Assembly (NCBI RefSeq): GCF_006345805.1
Contig: NC_043017.1
Coordinates: 31,558,001-31,622,000, forward strand
Reading direction: 5' to 3'
From: Octopus sinensis
Lineage: Eukaryota
DNA length: 64,000 nt
In this document: one piece after another, positions 52,107 to 64,000 of the stretch
How the letters are laid out: each line of letters begins with the position of its first letter
Position numbering within the stretch: the first letter of the stretch is position 1
Translations under genes and position numbers: made by a program
Notes under the pieces: model-generated
The model's database searches: none
Told to the model about the DNA's origin: nothing
What the model saw: the letters and a program-made list of their open reading frames with translations, nothing else

Positions 52107-52804
52107 TATATATGTATGTATATATGCATAAGTTTTATTTTATTAATTAATTTATATATACATATACATATATAGAGATAGAGAGAGGGAGAGAGAGAGA
52201 GAGAGACAGAGAGGGAGACAGAGAGAGAGAGAGAGAGAAACAGGCTGATAGAGGAGACCGATTGATTAAGTTAAAGGCTCACAAAGTAAGTACTGATATC
52301 GATTCATTCGACCACAATTCTCGAAGTTGTTGCCCCAGCATGACCGCAGTCTGATGACTGAACCAAGTAAAAGGTGAAAATGTATATTTATATATAGATT
52401 GTAGATCCAATATAGGCAGAATCAACAAAAAAGTTCTCCATTTAGTGAGAGATACATATCAATTTAATACACATACCGAAAGAGCGACTTCTAGTTAAAA
52501 TATCTCTTTCGGTATGTGAAACAAATTTACATGTGTATATATATATCATTCAAAGGAATTCCAACTTTGTGTTTTATATTTTATTTATATTCTTTATAAT
52601 ATTAATGTAGAATATAGAATATAGAATATATAGTATAAATAGTATATATATAGTAAAATGAAATGAAGTATTGATTGTCTTATTGAATAGATGAAATATT
52701 AAGGGACTAGTATACTTTCTTGCATTAGAGCAATCTTCAAGATCCCAACTTGTAACAGGAGTGTTTCAACTGTGCTATATATGTATGTATATATATATAT
52801 ATCT

Positions 52805-53219
52805 TTTCTCTCTTTTTACTCTTTTACTTGTTTCAGTCATTTGACTGCGGCCATGCTGGAGCACCGTCTTTAGTCGAGCAAATCGACCCCGGGACTCATT
52901 CTTTGTAAGCCTAGTACTTATCCTATCGGTCTCTTTTGCCGAACCGCTAAGTGACGGGGACGTAAACACACCAGCATCGGTTGTCAAGCAATGCTAGGGG
53001 GACAAACACAGACACACAAACATATACACACACATACATATACATATATATACATATATACGACAGTCTTCTTTCAGTTTCCGTCTACCAAATCCACTCA
53101 CAAGGCATTGGTCGGCCCGGGGCTATAGCAGAAGACACTTGCCCAAGATGCCACGCAATGGGACTAAACCCGGAACCATGTGGTTGGTAAACAAGCTACT
53201 TACCACACAGCCACTCCTG
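52805..53219 (-). mobile_element. SINE A, full length
   Basis: Head, body and tail present. Confidence 0.92.
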
Positions 53220-53893
53220 TATATATATATATATATATACACGCACATGCCCGAGCATGCACTCGCTCACACACACACACACACACAAATATATATAGGA
53301 GCATGGATTTAGTGTCAAAAGTTCATTAAAGAAGGCTATAATTTATTTGCATGAATACCTAGTATATTACTGGTATTTGATATATTAACATACATTAACA
53401 GAGGAAGGATAAAAGTAAGGTAGCCCACAGAGTGTTTTTCTACCCAGAATATAATGTGATGTAATTAAAATAAGCCCATTTTTATAATTTGTCGATTAGC
53501 TGCGATCACAGACCGTCACCAACTCAAAAGTTTGGAATAGTTGAATTAGGTTCTTAAGTGGAAGCACCAAGACAGTGCGAATAATCCGCACAGCTCGGGT
53601 TAATCGTTTCCATATTTTCATAAGGATAAACGTCATGTCTTTAAAAAAAATCGAAAAAAACTTATTACATTTAGAAGAAAGCCACTAGGGAAAAACGTGC
53701 CACAGGTAAGCACTATGTGAACTTTACTGAAGACGTTAATATAGAAAGAAAATAAGTTCTTTCAACACATTTCATAAACTGATAACAGCAGAACAGAATT
53801 GTAAACATAAATTCCGGTATTATCACAGAATTTATTTCAAACTCTCTTTTTTGTAACACATTGGTTGTTATTTATATGTGTATGCGCGCATAC

Positions 53894-53938
<45 letters not shown>

Positions 53939-54107
53939 TGTGTTTAGTTCTTCTGGTTACATGTGTGACGAATGCTTATGATTGTACTCAAAAAAGATAA
54001 CAGACGCGTCGATACAACCAATTAGAGAGTCGACTGATGTAAGTATATCGCATTTGTACAGCGAAAGCAGGTATATACGCATGCGCCTGTGCGAGTGAGT
54101 GTATGTG

Positions 54108-54156
<49 letters not shown>

Positions 54157-54281
54157 GTGTATGTATATATATATATGTATACAGCTATAAATATATATGT
54201 ATATATATATATATATATATAATATATATATATATATATACATACAGGCATACATACATACATACATACATACATGCATAC

Positions 54282-54330
<49 letters not shown>

Positions 54331-54581
54331 ATATATATACATATATATTTCTGTGTGCAGTCATGTACACTTACCACGCAGAAAGCAAAAACTACACACA
54401 CACACACATTCATTAATGTAGAACAAGAATGATTCGAGAAAAATCGTATTATAATTCCATTTGGGATCACTGAAACAATCTTCCAATATTTTTTATTAAT
54501 ACTTTTCTAGCTTTATTCAGATTAAACAAAATGCTCGAGTTATCCACACACATATACACACACACACAAACATATATATAT

Positions 54582-54626
<45 letters not shown>

Positions 54627-54786
54627 GAAATCCTAGTTTAAAATCTCCAGACACATAATAGCGTATAACAAATACAAAACATAATAATCAATTATTTTTT
54701 GTGTATTTACTTTTTTTACAGAAAGACAATCAGAATGTTTTATTCTACAACACATAACTTTGTTGCAAAGCTCACTCTTTACCTAA

Positions 54787-54845
<59 letters not shown>

Positions 54846-54899
54846 ATTATGTATGTGTATATTATGTATGTATGTATGTATGTATGTATGTATGTATAT

Positions 54900-55232
54900 G
54901 GTTCAAATTTATAGAAAAGCAAAGACGAAGATATATGTATGAACAACATTAAGTGTATTAGTTTGACGCTCGGAATAAATGGAAAAGTCTTTTATATTTC
55001 GAGCCTACGCTCTTCAGCAGAAAGGAATAAGAGGAAATGAATAGAGAGAGAATGAGAAAAAATGTGCTGAGTTCATTCTTTCTCTATTCATTTCCTCTTA
55101 TTCCTTTCTGTCGAAGAGCGTAGGCTCGAAACGTAAAAGACTTTTCCATTTCCCCTGAGCGTCAAACTAATAAACTTGCTTTATGTTCTTACACCTATCT
55201 TCGTTTTTTGTTTATCCATAACTTTGAATTAT
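54900..55232. mobile_element. Penelope-like P3 fold-back with minimal hammerhead variant at 55104-55139 (+)
   Basis: Arms about 54900-55054 / 55074-55232; CTTT CTGTCGA A GAGC GTAG GCTC GAAA CG TA AAAG. Confidence 0.65.
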
Positions 55233-55474
55233 ATATTATATGTTCACGGTATTACCCTAGTTTGATTCTGACTAATCTTCCCACTCTCTTGGACTTACAT
55301 ATCTTAACCACTTCCATACCTTTCAGCACGTTTCCTCATCCACATCCAAGCTCGTCACCCGGATTACCACTGGATCTTCGTACTCTTTTGGACACTACCT
55401 TCACGAATCCCACTGGCTATTTTCGTTGTTATATATATATAAAATTAAAATAAGCAACAGAATATCAAGAAGTG

Positions 55475-55562
55475 ATGCAGTACAACCGTTTCAAGCGGTT
55501 CCATTTAGTTGAACAAGGCAATCATTATATCAATTTAAATTCAGGGCTACCATCAGCTGCAC
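55475..55562 (-). ncRNA. Type I hammerhead motif with one core substitution (CTGATGG)
   Basis: - strand reads GTGCAG CTGATGG TAGC...long imperfect stem...GCTT GAAA C GGTT G TA CTGCAT. Confidence 0.6.
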
Positions 55563-55701
55563 AAATGAATAGTATATTCTTACCTAAAATAGCGACAACA
55601 TGGATTTCTTCCATCTTCTTGCCCTGTTAAAGTATTTGAGTAAAATTACATTAATGTGTCCAACTGATTATACATACATATGTATATATATATATATGTA
55701 T

Positions 55702-56480
55702 AGGCGCAGGAGTGGCTGTGTGGTAATTAGCTTGCTTAAAGGCGGCGAGCTAGCAGAAGCGTTAGTACACTGGGCGAAATGCTTTGCGGTACTTCGTCTG
55801 CCGTTACGTTGTGAGTTCAAATTCCGCCGAGGTCGACTTTGCCTTTCATTCTTTCGGGGTCGATAAATTAAGTACCAGTTAAGCACTGGGGTCGATGTAA
55901 TCGACATAATACCTATGTCTGTCCTTGTTTGTCCCCTCTATGTTTAGCCCCTTGTGGGTAATAATGAAATAGGTAATTAGCTTGCTTACTTCCAAATCAC
56001 ATGGACCTGGGTTCAGTCCCACTGCGTGGCACCTTGGGCAAGTGTATTGTACTTTAGCCTCGGGCCAACCAAAGCCTTGTGAGTGGACGGAAACTGAGCG
56101 TATAGGACTCGGGAAGGATTTTTGTCGTCTCAGTATTTTTCTCTTTTGTTTGTCTGCTTTAAGCACACAGTGTGCAATATAGAGTTAATCGACTTAATAT
56201 AGGGTTAACCAACTTAATAAAGGGCTAATCAAGTTAAGAGAAGGTTAATCAACTTAATGTGTGTGTATATGTTTGTGTGTCTGTATTTGTCCCCCTACCG
56301 TCGCTTGACAATCGATGTTGGTGTGTTGATGTCCCCGTAACTTAGGTTCAGCAAAAAGGGGCCGATAGAATAAGTACTAGGCTTACAAAGAATAAGTCCT
56401 GGGGTCGATTTTGCTCTACTAAAGGCGGTGCTCCATTATGGCCGCAGTCAAATGACTGGAACAAATAAAAGAATAAAAGG
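55702..56480 (+). mobile_element. SINE A containing nested SINE D (55739-55971, 17-bp TSD) and an approx. 160-bp foreign patch (56100-56258)
   Basis: TSD GGTAATTAGCTTGCTTA at 55722-38 and 55972-88. Confidence 0.9.
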
Positions 56481-56487
56481 ATATATA

Positions 56488-56800
56488 TACGGGATGGTAT
56501 GAAAAGGCTCCCGGCCGGACAAGTTATGTTTAATAAACAATAACTTATTTACGTAAGTTTTAACATCATCTTCTTTGAAATAGTCATCTTGTGCAGCAAT
56601 AAACCGGAATCCGGGCTGGAAGTCGTTTTCCATGTGCGAGTCGAGGACCTTCTGCGAATCTGGATCTCGACAACTGTGTCAAAACGGCGATCTTTGAACT
56701 GCCTTTTCAGCTTGAGAAAGAGATGGGTGTCTGGCGAATAGGGTGGGTGCGGAAGCGATACCATGTTGATTTTTGACGAGACACTCGGGAATGGTTAGAG
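56488..56800 (-). mobile_element. mariner 3' relic
   Basis: LPHPPYSPD...LFLKLKRQFKDRRFDTVVEIQ...IAAQDDYFKEDD; TA + TIR-like end at about 56488. Confidence 0.85.
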
Positions 56801-57240
56801 CTTAGTGAAGAATCCCACGTTTTACCCCCCACAGATCCGGTTCAAAATTTTACGCCAGCCGTTAAACTGTCAATACGTTGCTGTCCGTCGTTAAGAAATG
56901 CCAGCCATGGTGACTCTACTATCCTCAGATTCTATCCCTTCAAACTTTGGTTTCCAATATTTTATTATTTTTATTCAGCTCGCAAGTTCGTCTGTCCCTT
57001 TTGAATGTTAGCGTTTTGCTGTCTGCCTTGAAGCAGACCTTTCCATTGCCACTGCCTGATATTTCTGATTGATCTTTCAAATATTTTATTTCTCAACTTA
57101 CTCAAGATCTTCTGTTGTTTATAAATGGGAGAGATATAGATAAATATAGAGAGTAAGAGAAAGCGAGGGAGAGTCCGAGAGAAAAGAAAAGTAAGAGAGT
57201 GGGAAAGTGAGAGAGAAAGGAGAGAGAAACAAATACGGAG

Positions 57241-57241
<1 letters not shown>

Positions 57242-57273
<32 letters not shown>

Positions 57274-57565
57274 TTAACGTCCGTTTTCCGTGCTAGCACG
57301 GGTTGGACAGTTTGACCGGGGTCTGGGAAGCCAGGAGGCTGCACCAGGCTCCAGTCTGACCTGGCATTGTTTCTACAGGTGGATGACCTTCCTAACGCCA
57401 ACCACTCTGTGAGTGTAGTGGGTGCTTTTTTCGTGCCGCCAGCACAGGTGCCAGGGGGGCTCGCAGCGGCAACGATCGGTTGGTGCTTTTTACGTGCCAC
57501 CGGCACAGAAGCCACTCAAGGCGGCGCTGCAATCGGCCACGTTCGGATGGTGCTTTTTACGTGCT
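57242..57565 (-). mobile_element. SINE family E (RTE-associated type), 5'-truncated, (GAT)n tail
   Basis: - strand TTGGCGTTAGGAAGGTCATCC motif, ending CGGACGTTAAA(TGA)n. Confidence 0.65.
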
Positions 57566-58107
57566 GAAAGGAAGCAACAGAAAGTAACAACCACACTCTT
57601 ACCCGCGCGTAGAGCGGGTCACCTTCAGCTAGTATATTATATATATATATTTATATATATATATGTTTGTGTGTTTGTATGCATATATGTACATATGCAT
57701 GTATGTACTTGTATATGTGAGTCTCTGAGTGTGTACGCACGCATGACTTATCTCTATCTCAATATTGCATGAATAATTAAAGACAGCTACAAGAAAACTG
57801 CTTCGACTAAAAATCGATCAAACCCGTTAAGTGAACCGCTGCAAATGTTTACGAAATTGCGAAAAGTTGGGTATTTTGAGCTTTGTCTTTTTAAAGCAAC
57901 CATTAGTTGAAACGTAATTTATTATCTCGGCAAGGTCACGTAAAAACTCAAGTAAAACAATAAAACGGTGTTTACTTGATATATGGAAAAGCAAAAACTG
58001 TAGCAGTTTGGAAATGTTTTTATTTAGTATGAAGGAGTTTTATTTTGCGGTGAAACACTTCAGACTCGCATTCAAAAAGCAAAATAAGTGTTTTTCTGTA
58101 AATTAGT

Positions 58108-58350
58108 GGAGGTGCGTGGCCTAACGCTTAGTGTGTTGGACTTATGACCTTAAGGTTGTGGTTCGATTCCAGGACAGGGCGATGCGTTGTGTTCTTGGGC
58201 AAAACACTTCATTTCACGTTACACCATTCTACTCAGCTGGGAAAATTGAGTAGCACGTTAAATGGAATGGCGTCCCGTCCAGGTGGGGGAATATATACCC
58301 CATGGAAAACGGGAAATCGGTCCCTATGAGAGTATAGGACTCGGGAAGGA
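58108..58350 (+). mobile_element. SINE C, diverged
   Basis: GGTTCGATTCC B box; TGTGTTCTTGGGCAAAACACTTCATTTCACG centre. Confidence 0.75.
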
Positions 58351-58434
58351 TTTTTATCATCTCCTTCTTTAAATTAACATTAGGAATTTCAGCATGTTTC
58401 TCTTTTGTTAGTTTGCTATAAACACACAGTATGC

Positions 58435-59152
58435 AATATAGGGCTAATCGACTTAATATAGGGTTAATCAATTTAATATAGGGTTAATCAATTTAATATA
58501 GGGTTAATCAACTTAATATAGGGCTAATCAACTTAATATAGGGCTAATCGACTTAATATAGGGTTAATCAATTTAATATAGGGTTAATCAATTTAATATA
58601 GGGTTAATCAATTTAATATAGGGTTAATCAACTTAATATAGGGCTAATCAACTTAATATAGGGCTAATCGACTTAATATAGGGTTAATCAATTTAATATA
58701 GGGTTAATCAATTTAATATAGGGTTAATCAACTTAATATAGGGTTAATCAACTTAATATAGGGCTAATCAACTTAATATTTGGTTAACCAACTTAATATA
58801 GGGCTAATCAAATTAATATAGGGCTAATCAACTTAATATAGGGATAATGAACTTAATATAGGGCTAAACAAATTAATATATGGTTAATCAATTTAATATA
58901 GGGCTAATCAACTTAATATTTGGTTAACCAACTTAATATAGAGTTAATCAACTTAATATAGGGCTAAACAAATTAATATATGGTTAATCAATTTAATATA
59001 GGGCTAATCAACTTAATATTTGGTTAACCAACTTAATATAGAGTTAATCAACTTAATATAGGGCTAATCAAATTAATATGGAGCTAATCAACTTAATATG
59101 GGGCTAATCAATTTAATATAGGGCTAACCAAATTAATATAGAGTTAATCAAC
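58435..59152. repeat. 20-bp minisatellite, about 36 copies, consensus GGGYTAATCAAYTTAATATA
   Basis: Exact 20-bp phase with no indels across the array. Confidence 0.97.
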
Positions 59153-59634
59153 CTGAAGCAGTCAAAACACTCATCTACACTCTTGTACAAACAGACATTT
59201 CCCAGTCGCATAATAACTGGTTACAAAATATAAAAATATACAAACTACAATTTAAAGTGGAAAATACACTCAATAAGTTAAATCATATCGTTTATCTTTC
59301 ACTTGTTTCAGTCATTAGAATGCGGCCATGCTGGAGTACGGCCTTGAAGAATTTTTAGTCGAAGGAATCGACCTCAGTACATTTTAAAGCCTGGTACCTG
59401 TTTTATCGCGCTCTTTTGCTGAACGTCTAAGTGATCGAAGGAGACGCAAACAAACAGAAATATACACACACACACATATATATATACACTCACATACATA
59501 CACACAAACATATAAAAATATATATATAAACAACGGGCTTCTTTCAGTTTCCGTTAATTGCGCGTTGTTGTAAGATTATGTAAACGTATGTGATATGCTC
59601 GTGAATCCAATTGTGCTGGAGTAGAAGCGAATAT

Positions 59635-60025
59635 GGATGGATGGAAGCACTCCGTCGGATACGACGACGAGGGTTCCGGTTGATGCGAATCAACGGAACA
59701 GCCTGCTCGCGAAATTAACGTGTAAGTGGCTGAGCACTCCACAGACACGTGTACCCTTAACGTAGTTCTCGGGGATATTCAGCGGGACACAGTGAGTGAC
59801 AAGGCCGGCCCCTTTGAAATACAGGTACAACAGAAACAGGAAGTAAGAGTGAGAGAAAGTTGTGGTGAAAGAGTACAGCAGGGATCACCACCATCCCCTG
59901 CCGGAGCCTCGTGGAGATTTTAGGTGTTTTCGCTCAATAAACACTCACAACGCCCGGTCTGGGAATCGAAACCGCGATCCTACGACCGCGAGTCCGCTGC
60001 CCTAACCACTGGGCCATTGCGCCTC
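59635..60025 (-). mobile_element. SINE B tail type i, (TCCA)n end, 12-bp TSD
   Basis: AGAAGCGAATAT at 59623-34 and 60028-39. Confidence 0.92.
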
Positions 60026-60144
60026 TAAGAAGCGAATATACTGCGATGTAGTAACATCGTATCCGAGAATTTAGTTTCTGATTTGCTGTACGCTTCTTTT
60101 AGATTCATAGCGCAATGACTATGCAGACCAATTCTTGCAAAGAA

Positions 60145-60417
60145 GTGTTTATCGGTTCTTTCACCGAACTGCTTAGTTATGGGGATGTAAACACACCAGC
60201 ACCAGTTGTCAAATGGTGGTGGGGTGAGAAGAACACACACAAAGACACACATATATTTACGACGGGCTTCTTTTATTGTCCGTCTACCAAATTCACTCAC
60301 AAGGCTTTTGTCGACTCGAAGCTATCGTAGAAGATACTTGCTCAAGGTACCACACAATGGGACTGAAAGCGGAACCATGTGGCTGGGAAGGAAATTTCTT
60401 GTCACACAGCCACACCT
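60145..60417 (-). mobile_element. SINE A, older, partial
   Basis: Diverged head and body. Confidence 0.7.
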
Positions 60418-60682
60418 ATAAACTAGAATCAATATAATCGAAAACGTGTGGGGCAACATTATTATATCGAAAAGCGCTCTTGATCTTAGGCACCATCTGA
60501 CAAGTAAAAATATCAAAACTGGTAAACTGCGGATAACTCAGAACCACTTTTACAAAATGTAAATAATTCTTTATCGGTACCCAAAATTTTGTTCGTAAAA
60601 TTCGTTCAAGTTTTCGTTCCATGCACAAGCGTCACGGAAAAGTATGTAAACTTGTTTAAACGGAGTTTTACAAAGTATGTGT

Positions 60683-61064
60683 GGAGGCGCAATGGCCCAG
60701 TGGTTAGGGCAGCGGACTCGCGGTCGTAGGATCGCGGTTTCGATTCCCACACCGGGCGTTGTGAGTGTTTATTGAGCGAAAACACCTAAAGCTCCACGAG
60801 GCTCCGGCAGGGGATGGTGGTGATCCCTGCTGTACTCTTTCACCACAACTTTCTCTCACTCTTACTTCCTGTTTCTGTTGTACCTGTATTTCAAAGGGCC
60901 GGCCTTGTCACTCTCTGTGTCACGCTGAATATCCCCGAGAACTGCGTTAAGGGTATACGTGTCTGTGGAGTGCTCAGCCACTTACACGTCAATTTCACGA
61001 GCCGGCTGTTCCGTTGATCGGATCAACCGGAACCCTCGTCGTCGTAACCGACGGAGTGCTTCCA
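60683..61064 (+). mobile_element. SINE B tail type i, 12-bp TSD
   Basis: TACAAAGTATGT at 60669-80 and 61065-76. Confidence 0.92.
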
Positions 61065-61294
61065 TACAAAGTATGTTTGGAAAATTTCACCTGTATAGGA
61101 CAAGGTTTACTCTCGAAAGCTGCATTTCAGTTCAAGCACTTGCCGAAAATCTTTTGAAACCCATCTAATCAAAGCTTAAAGTTGCTGTCCAGCTACACAC
61201 TTGTATATTAAACTAATCCTTTTGAATGATAATTAACTTTGAGAAGACAATGATTAAAATTCTGCAAATACTGGTGAGGGAGAAAAAGATATAT

Positions 61295-62742
61295 TATTTC
61301 TTTACTACCCACAAGGGGCTAAACATAGAGGGGACAAACAAGGACAGACAAAGGGATTAAGTCGATTACATCGACCTTCAGTGCGTAACTGGTACTTAAT
61401 TTATCGACCCCGAAAGGATGAAAGGCAAAGTCGACCTCGGTGGAATTTGAACTCAGAACGTAACAGCAGACGAAATATGGCTACGCATTTCGCCCGGCGT
61501 GCTAACGATTCTGCCAGCTCGCCGCCCTACATAATTGTTTCTTTATTACCCACAAGGGGCTAAACATAGAGGGGACAAACAAGGACAGGCAAAGGGATTA
61601 AGTCGATTACATCGACCTTCAGTGCGTAACTGGTACTTAATTATCGACCCCGAAAGGATGAAAGGCAAAGTCGACCTCGGCGGAATTTGAACTCAGAACG
61701 TAACGGCAGACGAAATACGGCTACGCATTTCGCCTGGCGTGCTAACGTTCTGCCAGCTCGCCGCCCCACATAATTGTTTCTTTATTACCCACAAGGGGCT
61801 AAACATAGAGGGGACAAACAAGGACAGGCAAAGGGATTAAGTCGATTGCATCGACCCCAGTGCGTAACTGGTACTTAATTTATCGACCCCGAAAGGATGA
61901 AAGGCAAGTCGACCTCGGCGGAATTTGAACCCAGGACGTTACGGCGGATGAAATACGGCTACACATTTCGCCCGGCGTGCTAACGTCTCTGCCAGCTCGC
62001 CGCCTTGTGAAGGAGAAAAAGATATATTATTTCTTTACTACCCACAAGGGGCTAAACATAGAGGGGACAAACAAGGACAGACAAAGGGATTAAGTCGATT
62101 ACATCGACCTTCAGTGCGTAACTGGTACTTAATTTATCGACCCCGAAAGGATGAAAGGCAAAGTCGACCTCGGTGGAATTTGAACTCAGAACGTAACAGC
62201 AGACGAAATATGGCTACGCATTTCGCCCGGCGTGCTAACGATTCTGCCAGCTCGCCGCCCTACATAATTGTTTCTTTATTACCCACAAGGGGCTAAACAT
62301 AGAGGGGACAAACAAGGACAGGCAAAGGGATTAAGTCGATTACATCGACCTTCAGTGCGTAACTGGTACTTAATTTATCGACCCCGAAAGGATGAAAGGC
62401 AAAGTCGACCTCGGCGGAATTTGAACTCAGAACGTAACGGCAGACGAAATACGGCTACGCATTTCGCCTGGCGTGCTAACGTTTCTGCCAGCTCGCCGCC
62501 CCACATAATTGTTTCTTTATTACCCACAAGGGGCTAAACATAGAGGGGACAAACAAGGACAGGCAAAGGGATTAAGTCGATTGCATCGACCCCAGTGCGT
62601 AACTGGTACTTAATTTATCGACCCCGAAAGGATGAAAGGCAAAGTCGACCTCGGCGGAATTTGAACCCAGGACGTTACGGCGGATGAAATACGGCTACAC
62701 ATTTCGCCCGGCGTGCTAACGTCTCTGCCAGCTCGCCGCCTT
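61295..62742 (-). mobile_element. Head-to-tail array of six SINE D monomers organised as (trimer) x 2
   Basis: Periods 733/736 bp; 22-bp GTGARGGAGAAAAAGATATATT at 61274, 62007 and 62743. Confidence 0.93.
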
Positions 62743-63396
62743 GTGAAGGAGAAAAAGATATATTGATGTTGGCGACCCTTCCTGAATTGCAATGGTTAAT
62801 TCTTTAAACAAACAAAATAGTTAACTTTTACTGAGTTTTTGATATCTTTCTATGTTTTCTGTTAAAAAGTGAAAAGAAATTAATTTTAGAATTTCTTTAT
62901 CAATATTTGTTCAGGCATACATCTAAAATTCGGATTATACTACGATTATTTCTTTTTTATTCTTATATTTTGGACATTAAATTTTATCGGAAAATCCAAT
63001 ATTGCAAAGAGCATCGTTATGATATATACGAGGCGCTAATTAATGTGGCTTCGCTAATGATAATATAAAGATAGGTTTATTAATATTCAGAAATGAAATT
63101 TCTTAGAATATTGGTGCGGCTGACTGAAATTCTTATTTATTGAAACTAATTTTGTGTTGCGTTATAAGTGCAGAGTTTGTGTCTAAGTTTAACCGTACTT
63201 AGATTAGCTTCAGCTATAATTCTTAATCTTGAACCAACAAATAAATTTATGCGATTTTCTTACATATCTAATTCATCTTTCTTGTTGCATGATTCCAAGA
63301 GGCTACTGTCTCCATAGCCTCTGCAAAGATGACCTAATATTATGGGAAATGTTTTCTGCAGTCTAAGATATTGCTTCCGATACTTTGTCATTCAAT

Positions 63397-63812
63397 TACT
63401 CTTACTCTTTACTCTTTTACTTGTTTCAGTCATGTGACTGCGGCCATGCTGGAGCACCGCCTTTAGTCGAGCAAACCGACCCCGGGACTTATTCTTTGTA
63501 AGCCCAGTACTTATTCTATCGGTCTCTTTTGCCGAACCGCTAAGTGACGGGGACGTAAACACACCAGCATCGGTTGTCAAGCAATGCTAGGGGGACGAAC
63601 ACAGACACACAAACATATACACACACATGCATATATATACATATATACGACAGGCTTCTTTCAGTTTCCGTCTACCAAATCCATTCACAAGGCATTGGTC
63701 GGCCCAGGATTATAGCAGAAGACACTTGCCCAAGATGCCACGCAGTGGGACTGAACCCGGAACCATGTGGCTGGTTAGCAAGCTACTTACCACACAGCCA
63801 CTCCTGCTCCTG
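63397..63812 (-). mobile_element. SINE A, full length, young
   Basis: Near-identical to 51700-52106. Confidence 0.92.
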
Positions 63813-64000
63813 TAAACTTTTTTAAAAGCCACATTGTACGTCTATCTTCGTTTGTTTTTAACACACAAAAGTTGCCTTTGCGTTCTTACTTGCCTATTAC
63901 TTTACAGAGAGATAAAATTGTGTAGACATAGGCCACAGGCTTGAGAGTAAAACGTTTAGTTATGAGGCATGAAAATCAAAAATATCGAAACAAATAAAGT

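Noticed and set aside
58435-59152. CRISPR-like array
   Set aside because: Contiguous 20-bp units without unique spacers, no cas genes, eukaryotic context.

Overview
This is AT-rich, repeat-dense eukaryotic DNA with one 100-N scaffold gap (32235-32334). The tRNA-derived SINE families and (TA)n/(TTA)n/(CA)n load look like an octopus (cephalopod) genome; that is pattern recognition, not a database hit. There is no intact multi-exon gene, only 2-3 candidate + strand exons and one promoter-like motif cluster. Most ORF-track entries are microsatellite or SINE artefacts. Contents: (1) A near-full-length, frameshifted CR1/L2-group LINE on the - strand (about 4562-10010). It has APE and RT, an ORF1 with a Myb/SANT(trihelix)-like plus CCCH zinc-finger architecture, and a 1.4-kb higher-order tandem repeat at its 5' end. 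(2) At least five SINE families, labelled A-E here. Family A shares the LINE's 3' stem-loop with compensatory changes, family B carries four different tails on one head, and family D has 16-67 bp target duplications, dimers and a 6-copy array. (3) Many short Penelope-like relics in (TA)n tracts, with inverted-repeat architecture and type I hammerhead ribozyme motifs, one of them headed by a tRNA-like Pol III promoter. (4) RTE, mariner, hAT, piggyBac-like, Merlin/MULE-like and Helitron-like relics. The best candidate for something undescribed is the tRNA-headed, hammerhead-bearing, apparently Penelope-mobilised SINE at 26872-27405.
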